Positions 50,458-61,362 of a stretch of 64,000 nucleotides of DNA are shown here, one piece after another. A model generated the notes under the pieces. The model was not told the origin of the DNA, searched no databases, and saw nothing but the letters and a program-made list of their open reading frames with translations. The stretch is taken from positions 118,360,001 through 118,424,000 of the forward strand of contig NC_087437.1 in the NCBI RefSeq assembly GCF_036321535.1. The letters are read 5' to 3'. Position 1 is the first letter of the stretch, and the number at the start of each line of letters is the position of its first letter. The DNA is from Camelus dromedarius (taxonomy: Eukaryota). The translations under genes were made by a program, and so were the position numbers.

Positions 50458-50650
50458 GCAGATACTAACTACTACGTATAAAATAAATAAGGTCCTGCTG
50501 TATAGCACAGGGAACTATTCAGTATCTTGTAATAGCTTATAGTGAAAAATAATATGAAAAGAAATATATAGAAAGGTGTATAACTGAATCAGTATGCTGT
50601 ATACCGGAAACTAACACAACATTGTAAACTGACTATACTTCAATTAAAAA
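50458..50650 (+). mobile_element. Young camelid-type L1, extreme 3' end (~190 bp)
   Basis: gtcctgctgtatagcacagggaactattcagtatcttgtaatag...aacattgtaaactgactatacttcaattaaaaa, flanked by aaaaagaa on both sides. Confidence 0.9.
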
Positions 50651-50749
50651 GAATCAATTCTATACAGGCAAATTACCTGTTAAAAGTGAAGGATAGAATA
50701 GGATATTTTATATGCTTCAAACAAGGTGCAGATAATACATATTAAGATG

Positions 50750-50995
50750 TTGCTTGGAAGGGGAACCTAGGAATGTTGTAGCCATGCTGTGCACTTAAGT
50801 ACACTGGCCTTGACGAACTCCAAGATACAAAGAAGGTGAGAGCCAGGCCTATCCCTGCAGCCCTGACTACAAACTGCACTACACGTGGAATAGCCCTATA
50901 TTTAGACTTCATGCTCTATAAAATAATACATTTTCTCTTTGATTGAGTCACTTGAGTCACAGTTTCCTTGTGACTAAAGGCTTCCTTACTAATAC
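50750..50995 (+). mobile_element. Old MaLR LTR fragment (MLT1J/K-like)
   Basis: 3' LTR-like text gacttcatgctctataaaataatacattttctctttgattgagtcacttgagtc...cttactaatac. Confidence 0.45.
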
Positions 50996-51811
50996 GTTTT
51001 TCTAATTTTTTCTAAACGTTTTCCATTTTCATAGTTTAAATTAATTTCACCAGTTATTCTTAGGTTTATTTTTGTGTTCTCTAACTTCTCAAGTTGTGTA
51101 TGAAATAAATTTGCTTTCATGCTTCTATATTTAATAATGAAAATTGAACTCTAAGTGCAGCTTTGGTTATACCATATTTTGATGTTTTTAAGTCTCATCA
51201 TTAAAAGTGTTCTTTATTATTTAGGATTGTGTGTGTGTATCACATGTATGTATGTATGTTTAAATATTTTTGTCTGAGTAAATATTTATCCTTTTTCGGT
51301 CTTACTGGATTCTGGTCTAAAAAATGTAGCCTGTTGAATTATTTCTTTTAACAATTAAAGATATTTTCTTTGTGCCTAATCTATGATTAATAGTTTGTCC
51401 AAAGAATGTACTCCCTTAATAATACATAAAGTTTAAGGCCTTTTTTTTTAAGTAAAGGATAAATAAAAACCTTCTCAGATTTACAAAGACTGAACAAATT
51501 CATACTTAGCAGATCTATCTTATAAGAAATGTTTAAAAAATTCTTCAGGAAGGAGAAAAATTATGTTAAGTCAGAAACTGGAATCCACATAAACAAAGGA
51601 TGTTGTTAAAAATAATATAGTAAAGAAAGAAGAAATAAAATCATGTATTTTTCTTTTTCTTAATTATTCTAAAAGGTAACTGTCTAAAGCAATATTAGAA
51701 CAATCTATTGAGTGAGTACAGCATACGGATAAGTCAAAAGTGGCAACAATGATATAACAGATGAAAAACAGTATTGAAGCCCTGGTTTAAGGCACCTCCA
51801 TGACATGTGAT

Positions 51812-54800
51812 TTTTTTTTTAATTGAAGTATAGTTGGTTTACCATGTTGTGTTAATTTCTGGTATACAGCATAAGGATTCAGTTATACATATATATTTCT
51901 TTTCATATTATTTTTCATTATAGGCTGTTACAAGATATTGAGTATGGTCCCCGTGCTATACTGTAGGAACTTGTTTATCTATTTTAGATGTAGTACTTTG
52001 TATCTGCTAATCCCAAACTACTAATTTATCCCTCCCCCTCCCCCTTTCCCCTTTGGGAACCATAGTTTGGTTTCTACATCTGTGAGTCTGTTTCTATTTT
52101 GTAAATAAGTTCATTTGTGTCATTTTTTTAAGATTCCACATACAAGTGATATCATGTGGTATTTTTTTCTCTCTTTCTGGCTTATTTCACTTAGAATGAT
52201 GACCTCCAGTTCCATCCATGTTGCTGTAAATGGCATTACTTTATTCTTTTTTATGTCTGAGTAGTATTCCATTGTGTGTGTGAATATGTATGTTATGTAT
52301 ATATACATATATGCATACACATATATACCGCATCTTCTTTATCCAGTCATCTGTCAATGGACATTTAGTTTGCTTCCATGTCTTGGCTATATAAATAGTG
52401 CTGCTATAAACACTGGGGTATTTCTTCAAATTAGAGTTTTCTCCAGATATGTGCCCAGGAGTGGGATTGCTGGATCACATGGCAAGTCTATTTTCAGTTT
52501 TTTGAGAAATCTCCATACTGTTTTCCATAATGGCTGCACCAAACTACATTCCCACCAACAGTGTAGGAGGGTTACCTTTTCCCCATACCCTCCCCAGCAT
52601 TTATCTTTTGTGGACTTTTGAATGATGGCCATTTTGACTGGTGTGAGGTAATACTTCACTGTAGTTTTGATTTGCATTTCTCTGATAATTAGTGATATGA
52701 GCATTTTTTCACATGCCTATTGGCCATTTGTATGTCTTCACTGGAGAAATGTTTGTTTAGGTCTTCTGCCCATTTTTGGGTTGAATTGTTTTGTTGTTGT
52801 TGTTGTTACTGAGTTGTATGAGCTGTTTGTATATTTTGGAAATTAAGACCTTGTCAGTCCCATCGTTTGCAAATATTTTTCACATTCCATAGGTTGCCTT
52901 TTCATTTTGTTTATAGTTTCCTTTGATGTGCAAAAGCGTATAAGTTTAGTTAGCTCCCATTTGTGTATTTTTACTTCTCTTGCCTTGGTAGACTGCCCTA
53001 GGAGAACACTAAGGATTTATGTATGTCAGAGAATGTTTCACCTATGTTTTCTTCTAAGAGGTTTATAGTGTCTCATCTTATGTTTAAGTCTGTAAGCCAT
53101 TTTGAGTTTGTTTTTATGTATGGTGTGAGGGAGTGTTCTAGCTTCACTGATTTATATGGAGCTGTCCAGCTTTCCCAATACCATTTGCTGAAGAGACTGT
53201 CTTTACCCCATTGTGTATTCTTGTCTCCTTTGTCAAAGATTAATTGACCATAGGTGTGTGGGTTTATTTCTGGGCTCTCTATTCTGTTCCATCAATCCAT
53301 ATGTATGGTTTTATGCTGATACCATGCTATTTTGATTACTGTAGCTCTATAGTATTGTCTGAAGTCTGGGAGGGTTATTCCTCCAGCTTTGTTCTTTTTC
53401 TTCAGTATTGCTTTGGAAATTCTGGGTCTTTTGTGGTTTCATATAAATTTTAGGATTATTTGTTCTAGTTTTGTGAAAAATGTCCTGGTTAATTTGATAG
53501 AGATTGCATTAAATTTGCAGATTACTTTGTGTAATATGACCATTTTAACAATATTAATTCTTCCAATCCAAGACCATAGAATATCTTTTCATTTCTTTAA
53601 ATCATCTTTAATGTCTTTAAATCAGTGTTTATAGTTCTGTGTTTAAGTCTTTCACCTCCTTGATCAGATTTATTACTAAGAGGGCTTTTTTGATGAGATT
53701 TTAAAAGTGTTTTTTAAAGTTTCCTTTTCTGATATTTCATTGTTAGTGTAAAGAAATGCAACAGATTTCTATGTTTTAATCTTTTATCCTGCAACCTTGC
53801 TGAATTCTTTTATCAGCTCTACTAGTTTTTGTGTAGAGCCTTTAGGATTTTTTTTATATAAAGTATCATGTCATCTGCATACAGTGACAATTTTACCTAT
53901 TCTCTTCCAATTTAGATCTTTTTAATTTCTTTTTCTTGTCTGATTGGTATGTCTGGGACTTCCAATACTATGTTGAATGGAAGTGGTGAGAGTGGGTGTC
54001 CCTGTCTTATTCTAGATTTTAGTGGGAAGGCTTTCAACTTTTCACTGCTGAGTATTACACTGGCTGTGAACTTGTCACAAATAGATTTATTATGTTAAGG
54101 TATGTTCCCTCTATGCCCTTTTTGGTTAAGAGCTTTTTATCATGAATGGATGTTGAATTTTATCAGTTGCTTTTTCTGCATCTATTGAGATAATCATGTG
54201 ATTTTTTTGTCCTTTCTTTTGTTGATGTGGTATATTATATTGATTGATTTGCATTTGTTGAACCATTCTTGTGTTCCTGGGATGAACTCCACTTGATCAT
54301 GATGTATAGTCTTTTTTATGTATTGATGGATCCAGTTTGCTACTATTTTGTTGAGAATTTTTGCATCTTTGTTTATCAGAGATATTGGCCTGTAATTTTC
54401 TTTTTTGGTGGTGTCTTCATCTGGTTTGTATCAGGGTGATGGTGGCTTCATAGAATGAGCTGAGTGTTCCCTCCTCTTCAATCTTTTGGAAGAGTTTGAG
54501 AAGGATTGGTATAAGTTCTTCTTCATATGTTTGGTAGAATTCCCCAGTGAAGCTATCAGTCTTGGATTTCTGTTTGCAGGGAGGTTTTTTTTTTTAAAAT
54601 TATTATTATTTCACTTCTAATGATCAATCTGTTTGAATGATCTATTTCTTCTTGATTCAGTTTTGGTAGACTGTATATTTCTAAAAACTTATCCATTTCT
54701 TCCAATTTGTTGCCATATAATTTTTCATATTGGTCTCTTAATGGGTTTTTGTATTTCTGTTGTGTTGATTGTAGTTTCTCCTCTTCTATCTCATATTTGT

Positions 54801-55123
54801 TATTTGTGTCCCTCTCTTTTCTTTTTGCTGAACCTGGCCAGAGTTTTGTGGATTTTGTTTACTCTTTCAAAAAACCAGCTCTTGATTTGATTAATTTTTT
54901 TCTATTGTGTTTTAATCTCTATTTTATTTATTTCCTCCCTGATCTTTATTATTTGTTTCATTCTACTAACTTTAGGTTTTGTTTATTTTTATTTTTCTAA
55001 TTCTTTTAGGTGGTTGACTAGGTTGTCTATTTAATATTGTTCTTGTTTTTTGAGAAAGGCTTGTATCACTATGAACTTCCCTCTTAGGACTGCTTTTGCT
55101 GCATCCCATAAATTTTGTGTGGT
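51812..55123 (-). mobile_element. Young camelid-type L1, 5'-truncated (~3.3 kb, disrupted ORF2), with target-site duplication
   Basis: Poly-T tail at 51811-51820. ORF2 C-terminal peptide [11 protein letters not shown]...[39 protein letters not shown] catgacatgtgat (51799-51811) / cataacatgtgat (55124-55136). Confidence 0.95.
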
Positions 55124-56604
55124 CATAACATGTGATATTTAAAAGCAGACTTAAATTAGTAATAAGTATACATTGTAAACTATAGACCAACCAATAAAAT
55201 AATTTTAAAGAAATAATATTAATACAACAAGAAAAGGGAAATTTGAAATAAAATAATCAAAATGAGGAAAGGCAGAAAAAGAGGAAAAACAAGCAAAAAA
55301 CTGCAATGATTACAAAACAGTTATAAACATGGTAGATATTAATCTGACCATATCAATATTAATTTTAAATGTCAATAAGCTAAATACATCAATTAAAAGA
55401 CAGATTATAAAAATAGGGAACAAAAAAGATCCAGCTTTATGCTGACAGATGTAAAGTAGAGGGATGGAGAAAGATATCCCACTAATATTAATTAAAAGAA
55501 AACTGGGAGTAGCTACATTAACTTTAGACAAGAAAGACTGCTCTTCAGGAGAAGAAAGTTATCAGGGGCGAGGGGAGACATTATATTAACCTAGATGCCT
55601 AATATCATTATTTATCAAACAAATAAAAATTGAGAACACAGTGAGACATCACCACATACCCACCAGAATGCAATGAATTTGTAGAAGTTTTAAATGAATC
55701 TCAGCCCTTAGCTCAACTTTTTGTAGCATCTCAGCAAACCCTAAGTAAGATTTGTGTGTGTGCGCGGGGTTGGGGGAGAGGGGATTCAGCTAATTCCTAC
55801 AATTGCAAAGTGAATTCTGGCATTTGGAAATTTAATTATGTGAATAGAAAAATATAAATATTAAACATTTCCTTGAACTCAAAATTTTATTTCTTCCAGG
55901 TGATGTAAGTATGACATTTCAAAGCAGCAACCTTGGCTTTTCTTGTATGGTTCACATTGGATAAGAATAGATTTCCAGAACTCAAATCATTGTCCTAAAG
56001 TACTCTTGATAAAACTTATCTGGTCTTCCTGAGATTTTTTTCCCCTAATCTTTCTTACGGTATTTTTCCCAAATCAAGCCTATTACTGCTAAGTTAGTTA
56101 GATGTTGGTCTCTGGGAGCTTGTGAAAACATCGAAGCTGATTTATCTTACTTCTCCTCTTTCTTCAGGTCTCCATTTCAGAATCTCATACTCTTCTAAAC
56201 GTAGTAATACAGAAATTAACTTCTTTAGTTTGTAGGTTTTATTAAGTAGAGTTTGTATATTCTATTTGAAGTTTTTAAAGGATTAGTGGAACTTTTGACA
56301 TATTTCTCTAATAGAGACAAAACTGTGTGTTCATTTATATGATCCTTGATTGAATGGATTGAGTTTGTATGTATCCTTGTTACTTTGTAGAAAAAATTTC
56401 CCATCTGTGATTAAAAGTGGACCTGAGCCATCACCCCAGGTTCTGGGGCAAGATGAAAAGACACCCTGTACAATATGTATTTGAGGAAGGCGACATAGAA
56501 TACAGTCTCCTAGGACCCTCTCACTCCACTCTGCCCAGGTTCGCAATAGCTGTGAAGTTTCTCTTGAAGCCTCCTGACCTTGTCTTGGGGAGGGAAAGTC
56601 ATAT

Positions 56605-56702
56605 AACACACACAGACACAGCACATACACGCCACAGCACACATGCATACACACCCCTCACACATGATGTGTGATGTGTACACACCCCACCCCCCCACAT
56701 AC
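56605..56702. repeat. CA-rich low-complexity repeat
   Basis: Read directly. Confidence 0.8.
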
Positions 56703-56789
56703 AGTCATTCACTAGAATGAAGAGAAACAAAGTTTTACCACTGCCTTCACACTTTCCCGTTAAATGTCTTCATTGCCCTCTAACCTTTA

Positions 56790-57330
56790 GAACGTCAAGG
56801 TGATCATAATACAGGCGGAAAAGCGTGCTGCATTAGGGGGGGGGGGGGCGGCGCCCGAGGAAACACTCATTAGACCAGAAGCAGCATCTCTAGACTAGAA
56901 GGGCTTTGCTTGGAAAGCTTGAAAAGGTTCCCACCTCAGGAAGGCTGACAGGGCGAAGGCCAGAAGCGACTTCCTGCAGCTCTGCAGAAAAGCTGGCCAG
57001 GGTGTCAAGTAAGCCAGGCCCCCTGGTTCTGGAATTACAGGATGTGAGTGTGAGTCCCCGCCGGCCACTTTCTAGCAGCTAACCCTCTGGGAGCCTCCAT
57101 CTCCTCGCCCGTGAAATGACTCATGAGGACGGAATGAGACAGAGTGCGCAAAGTGGGCTGTAAAACTCGGCCCCGCGCCAAGCGCTGGCAACCGATGTTT
57201 ATCAGAGGAAACACCAAGAGTGAGCGATCAGAGGAAGGGGTTTTGCAGTGTAGCCGACAGAAATGAAGGCACAGGATCCGCGAGGGAGGTTGACGTGAAT
57301 CGCCTCCGGAGGGGGTACTCAGCGTGATGA
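56790..57330. promoter_or_regulatory. CpG-rich (island-like) segment including a MIR relic with AP-1 and TEAD motifs
   Basis: 27 CpGs counted by eye in ~535 bp, against sparse CpG in the flanking L1. TGACTCA at 57117-57123 and GGAATG at 57131-57136. Confidence 0.5.
57045..57168 (+). mobile_element. MIR SINE fragment
   Basis: gtgtgagtccccgccggccactttctagcagc...gagcctccatctcctcgcccgtgaaatg...gaggacggaatgagacagagtgcgcaaagtg follows the MIR layout. Confidence 0.55.
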
Positions 57331-58529
57331 CTAAGGAGCTATCTCTTCATAATTTGAACAAGGGAATGATTTAAAGGCCTGACATCGCTTTGAACCTTGC
57401 ATGGCCCTTTTGGAGGCGAGAATATTCTGAGGATAAAGTCACCAAAGGTCGGTACAAAAATGCCCAGCCTTCTCCTGTCTGTGCCAAGCACACACGTGGA
57501 GCCCGGCCCGCAGGGTCTGCCCCAGTGAGAGGACAGCGGCGCGTGGTCAGGTGTAGCCTGATGCTTCTTAGCTTTCCTCGCTTTTCTTAGGAAGAACTTC
57601 AGTGATTGATTCCATCCCAGCTCTGTCAGAGTCCCGAGGGTCCCCTTTCTAGGTAAAAGCGTTTTCCCCTGCTGGTCATAGACCACAATTTCAGGCAACG
57701 CGTCCTAAATATTCACGGAGTGCGTCCCCTAGGGGCATTCTTAGGGGGAAAAAGTATGTGTTGGCAAGGGAATTATTCCAAATTGTGGAGCATATTACAA
57801 GATGCATGTGCATATCAGAACAGTCCGCTTTTCCGGCTATCCTTGAGAAAGCTGATTTTCCTCTGAAATGAACTACACTGGGAAAATCCTACAATGCTGC
57901 CTTCCTTGAGGAGACAATCAGTGGTAGGTTTCTGCTTGTCTTCTTGGCCTGCTGCTCTTCATCAGCATGAAGGAACTGAGGCTGCCTGTCGGAACACAGG
58001 CATTAAAGGAAAGCATGTCCTGCTGGTGCCTGTCGGTGTTCTTTTGCATAGATGATCATGGCACAGATTGGAATGGATAAAGGAAAGATTTTATTTCAGG
58101 TTTTTTTTTAATGTGGAGGAATAATGGATTTTTTTTTTTTATCATTTTCCCCCAAATTCTGAAATGGATTGTCTTTAAAGCTCAAAGGAAACATTATGAT
58201 CACAGTTGTTTAATACAAAGGATCTGGGCTTCCAAAGAATGCGTTCAGTTCAGCATGTGATCATGTAACACGTCGTATTTTCTCTACATTATTTTGGCAA
58301 ATGTAGTCCTGGCAGCCTCACCTAGCTGATGATGTAACAAATCTAGAGAACAAGAGAGATGCCTTCAATGACAAGAACACAGAGGCTCCAGGCGGAGGCA
58401 CTTCCCATGGATACGTCTAACCCTGAGAGTACTGGGTGGAAAGAAACACAAAGTTAAATACTGTACAAAAAATGATGTGAGAACTCAAGCATGAGCCCAG
58501 CAATCAAATACGGCATTTTTAAAAACAGA

Positions 58530-58650
58530 AACTAAGATTTACTGATAAACTACTCCATGTCAGGCACACATTTTACCGTCTTACTAAATATTCACAGCAA
58601 TGCTATCATTATCACCCTCTATAACTTCTAAGACTCAGAAGAGGGTAGGA
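58530..58650 (-). mobile_element. MIR SINE fragment
   Basis: atttactgataaactactccatgtcaggcac...tattcacagcaatgctatcattatcaccctctata. Confidence 0.55.
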
Positions 58651-58899
58651 ACGGATGCATACGCATTAAGTAGAATAAAAACTGCGCACCCGTGATACTA
58701 CGCCCTGCCACTGAATGGATGCTGGGGAATTACTTCTGTAACTCGACAAAAGGCAGGATGGTTGTATATGGATGGTTGTATATTGGCCTGGGGGTCCCTT
58801 AGGTTATGAAGGCAAAACATTTGACCCAATGGGCTTTGTAGTCTGAGAGGGCATTTTAATAGAGAAGGCAGGTTTTTACACACATACACGCACATGCAC

Positions 58900-59230
58900 A
58901 TCTGTAAGGTTTAATTTGCTATTCCCCAGTGACCAATGATGATAAGTGTCTTCTCATATGCTTATTTGCCATCTATTTTTTTTTTTTTGCAAACATTTTC
59001 CCCCAGAGTAAGCCTTTTCTTCATTCTATTAAAAGAGTCTATACATCAAATTGGAAAGAATTGACATTGAAACCTTGCTAAGCCCCCCAATCCGGAATAT
59101 GACACGTGGCTTGGATGTTCTTATCGGAGATTTACAGTTCTCCACGTGCAGCTCCTGCGTGTGTTTTGTGAGATACACACCACCGTCATTTTTTCCTTTC
59201 TTCTTGTTCTCCTTTTTTTTAAGGGGGGAG
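58900..59230 (-). mobile_element. Old L1 ORF2 fragments
   Basis: ggtttaatttgctattccccagtgaccaatgatgataagtgtcttctcatatgcttatttgccatct; atcaaattggaaagaattgacatt. Confidence 0.6.
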
Positions 59231-59239
59231 GATGTTCTT

Positions 59240-60025
59240 GTGTATCTGTGACTTCAAGGTCTTCTAGGTCCTTCTTGTTATTTCTGTGCTTCCCTAAGAA
59301 CTTTTTAAAAAATAGAGTCTGTGTCTTGCACTTTTTTTCGGTTCTAAGCCACTGTTAATACACAGGGGTCCTGTTCATGGGATGGTGAAGTGTGGAGAGA
59401 GGAGGCACCTAAAATTATATCATTCAACCTAAGTATTTCAGTGGGTCCGCGTCCCAGGGCTGTGACCGTCACAGTGTTTCTTAGCTTTACTTATCTCACG
59501 TATGAGACGAGAAGGCTGAGGTGGGAAATGTCCTTTCCTCCAGGCTGGGGTAAGGTTCTGGTAAAGACTTTTCCCTTGCTGGGTAGGCCTTTGTCAAGGA
59601 CAAAGCCCTGCTCACATTTCAAAATAGTTACTTTGCTCTCCCTTCGCCAGAGACCCAAGAGGATGTTCCTCTGCCCTTCAGTGTGCGAACCTGATGGCCT
59701 TCCTGTAGTAAGCCCCGCAGGCTGCTGCTCCTGGCAGCTCCTCACCCGCACGCTAGTCCGTACACAGACCCCAGCAATTCCTCACCATCACCACGTGAGT
59801 GCTGCTGGCAGTGCAGGGCTCCTGTGACTTCCGCCCCAGGTAAGCAGATCTCAGTGGCGCTCTCTCTAAATACACCTGCGTGGAGTGTGGGCTTTCCCTT
59901 TAATCTCAGTTCCCTGATAAGTCCCCCAAAATTGTTCATTCTTAGCTCAAAAAAATTTTCTTGTTGTAAAGATGATGGTAATGACTTTCAAGCTCTTTAC
60001 ATTTTGAAGCAGAAACTAAGAGTCC
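59240..60025 (-). mobile_element. Old L1 (L1MC/MD class) 5'UTR
   Basis: Right end gactttcaagctctttacat is the reverse complement of the 5' motif at 48.4 kb. ccaggtaagcagatct and ggctgtgaccgtcaca mirror motifs at ~48555 and ~49050. Confidence 0.7.
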
Positions 60026-61034
60026 TGGATACATTTTTTAAGGTGAAAAATGTCCAGGCTCCCTGTCAGGCTGGCTAGGAAGGTGAAGAAAACTATATTG
60101 GTTGGGAGTTTTTTAGCGGCTGATGATCAAAAGTTGTCTTCACCACAAATACAACATTTTTGGTTTAAAACATTACCTGGTGTTAGAAAAACAGTCTGTT
60201 ACATGTACCCCTGAGGCTGGTTTTGAATTCAGAGCCCCAAGCCGTTAAGCGGACATTATTTCCATTACAAAGTAGCACAGTAAATACTGTGGGACTCTGG
60301 GTTCAAAATGACTTTGCCCTTCAGGATTACCCAAGGGAAATCTTGAGAAAAACAGATTTTAAATGGGTACGTGTAACAGCGCTGTGTTGTAGACACACCC
60401 TTGGTTCCAAGAACGATGCCATGCAGCCTTCAGCAGCTCCTGGGTTTGGAATGTCCTCCCAGCTGCCCTTTGGAGCCCACTTTTTGCAAGTCATTGACAT
60501 CATCCTACAGTCCCTGGGGAATGCCAAGGTGGTGGCAAGCTTTGGGAATGAACACTTAGTGAAGGTGACTTATGCTCGAGCCTATTCATGTATGGAGCGA
60601 TGGGACAAATGAATCTAGATTTTAATCTGGATTCTGGACAAAGATGCAACTCCTTTGCCTTCACTTGCATCTGTAAATTGAGCCTGGGAGTGACAGCCTT
60701 GGAATGCCCATGGAGCTCAGCCCCATGTATGTACCTAAGTGTCCAGTCCATATGAGCTCATTGTTTGAGTTCTTGCCGCTGCCTGCTCGTGGTTTGGTAA
60801 AATTTCTACCAAGTAGTGTAAACATAGCTTCTGACGAACGCCCCCTGGGAGATATCCAGAGTTGATTTTGCCCGTGGATCTAATCAGTCATGGTGATCTC
60901 ATGGCCAGTGACCACAGAGAGTCGCTGATACAAAGGATAAGTTCTGACCAGCTGAGCTCCCGAGGCCTCTTGTCTTGCCTATGAAGTTGTTCTTCTCCAC
61001 GTGAGAAATCATTCAGAGCCTCAGTCATGTTCTC

Positions 61035-61335
61035 CATCAATGTTTCTCTGTGTGCTGAATACTGCTGATACAATGGTGACTAAGACAGACATGGACCCAC
61101 TCTCCCAAAGCTGAGGGTCTACAGAGGAGGCTGAATTTGAACTCTCCCATCCCAGCAGTATTAACTGGAGCAAGTGTTGTGGAGTGGGGGGAACACAGTG
61201 TGAGGCAGGGGGTTGGGGGTTGAGGGAATGAGGACCAGGAACAAGCTGGGGGCAGGGAGGCTTCCCAGAAGACGTTATATTGACCCGGAGATGCTGAAGG
61301 CTGGGAGAGAAGCCCAGCTGACAGGCAGGCAAGAC
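61035..61335 (-). mobile_element. LINE L2 3' region
   Basis: gtgctgaatactgctgatacaatggtgactaagacagacatggaccc...gggaggcttcccagaagacgttatattga. Confidence 0.7.
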
Positions 61336-61362
61336 CAGACCTTGAAGGCATCATCACGGAAG

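Larger units (their letters stand above)
48375..55590 (+). mobile_element. Old L1 (L1MC/MD class) 5'UTR-ORF1-ORF2 start, fragmented by four later insertions
   Basis: 5' end atgtaaagagcttggaag...tggacaaactgaaaatt. ORF1-like text at 49680-50450 and 51450-51620, and an ORF2 endonuclease-start-like segment at 55330-55590. Collinear across the interruptions. Confidence 0.75.

Noticed and set aside
52426..52704. ORF with clear protein homology ([11 protein letters not shown]...[12 protein letters not shown])
   Set aside because: It is L1 ORF2 C-terminus in a truncated, frameshifted retrotransposon, not a host gene.
60223..60612. 129-aa ORF and nearby TGTAAACAT (miR-30 seed-like) at ~60817
   Set aside because: The ORF has a TTG start and no recognisable product. 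The sequence after TGTAAACAT diverges from miR-30 and I see no hairpin; it is more likely a chance Forkhead-type motif.
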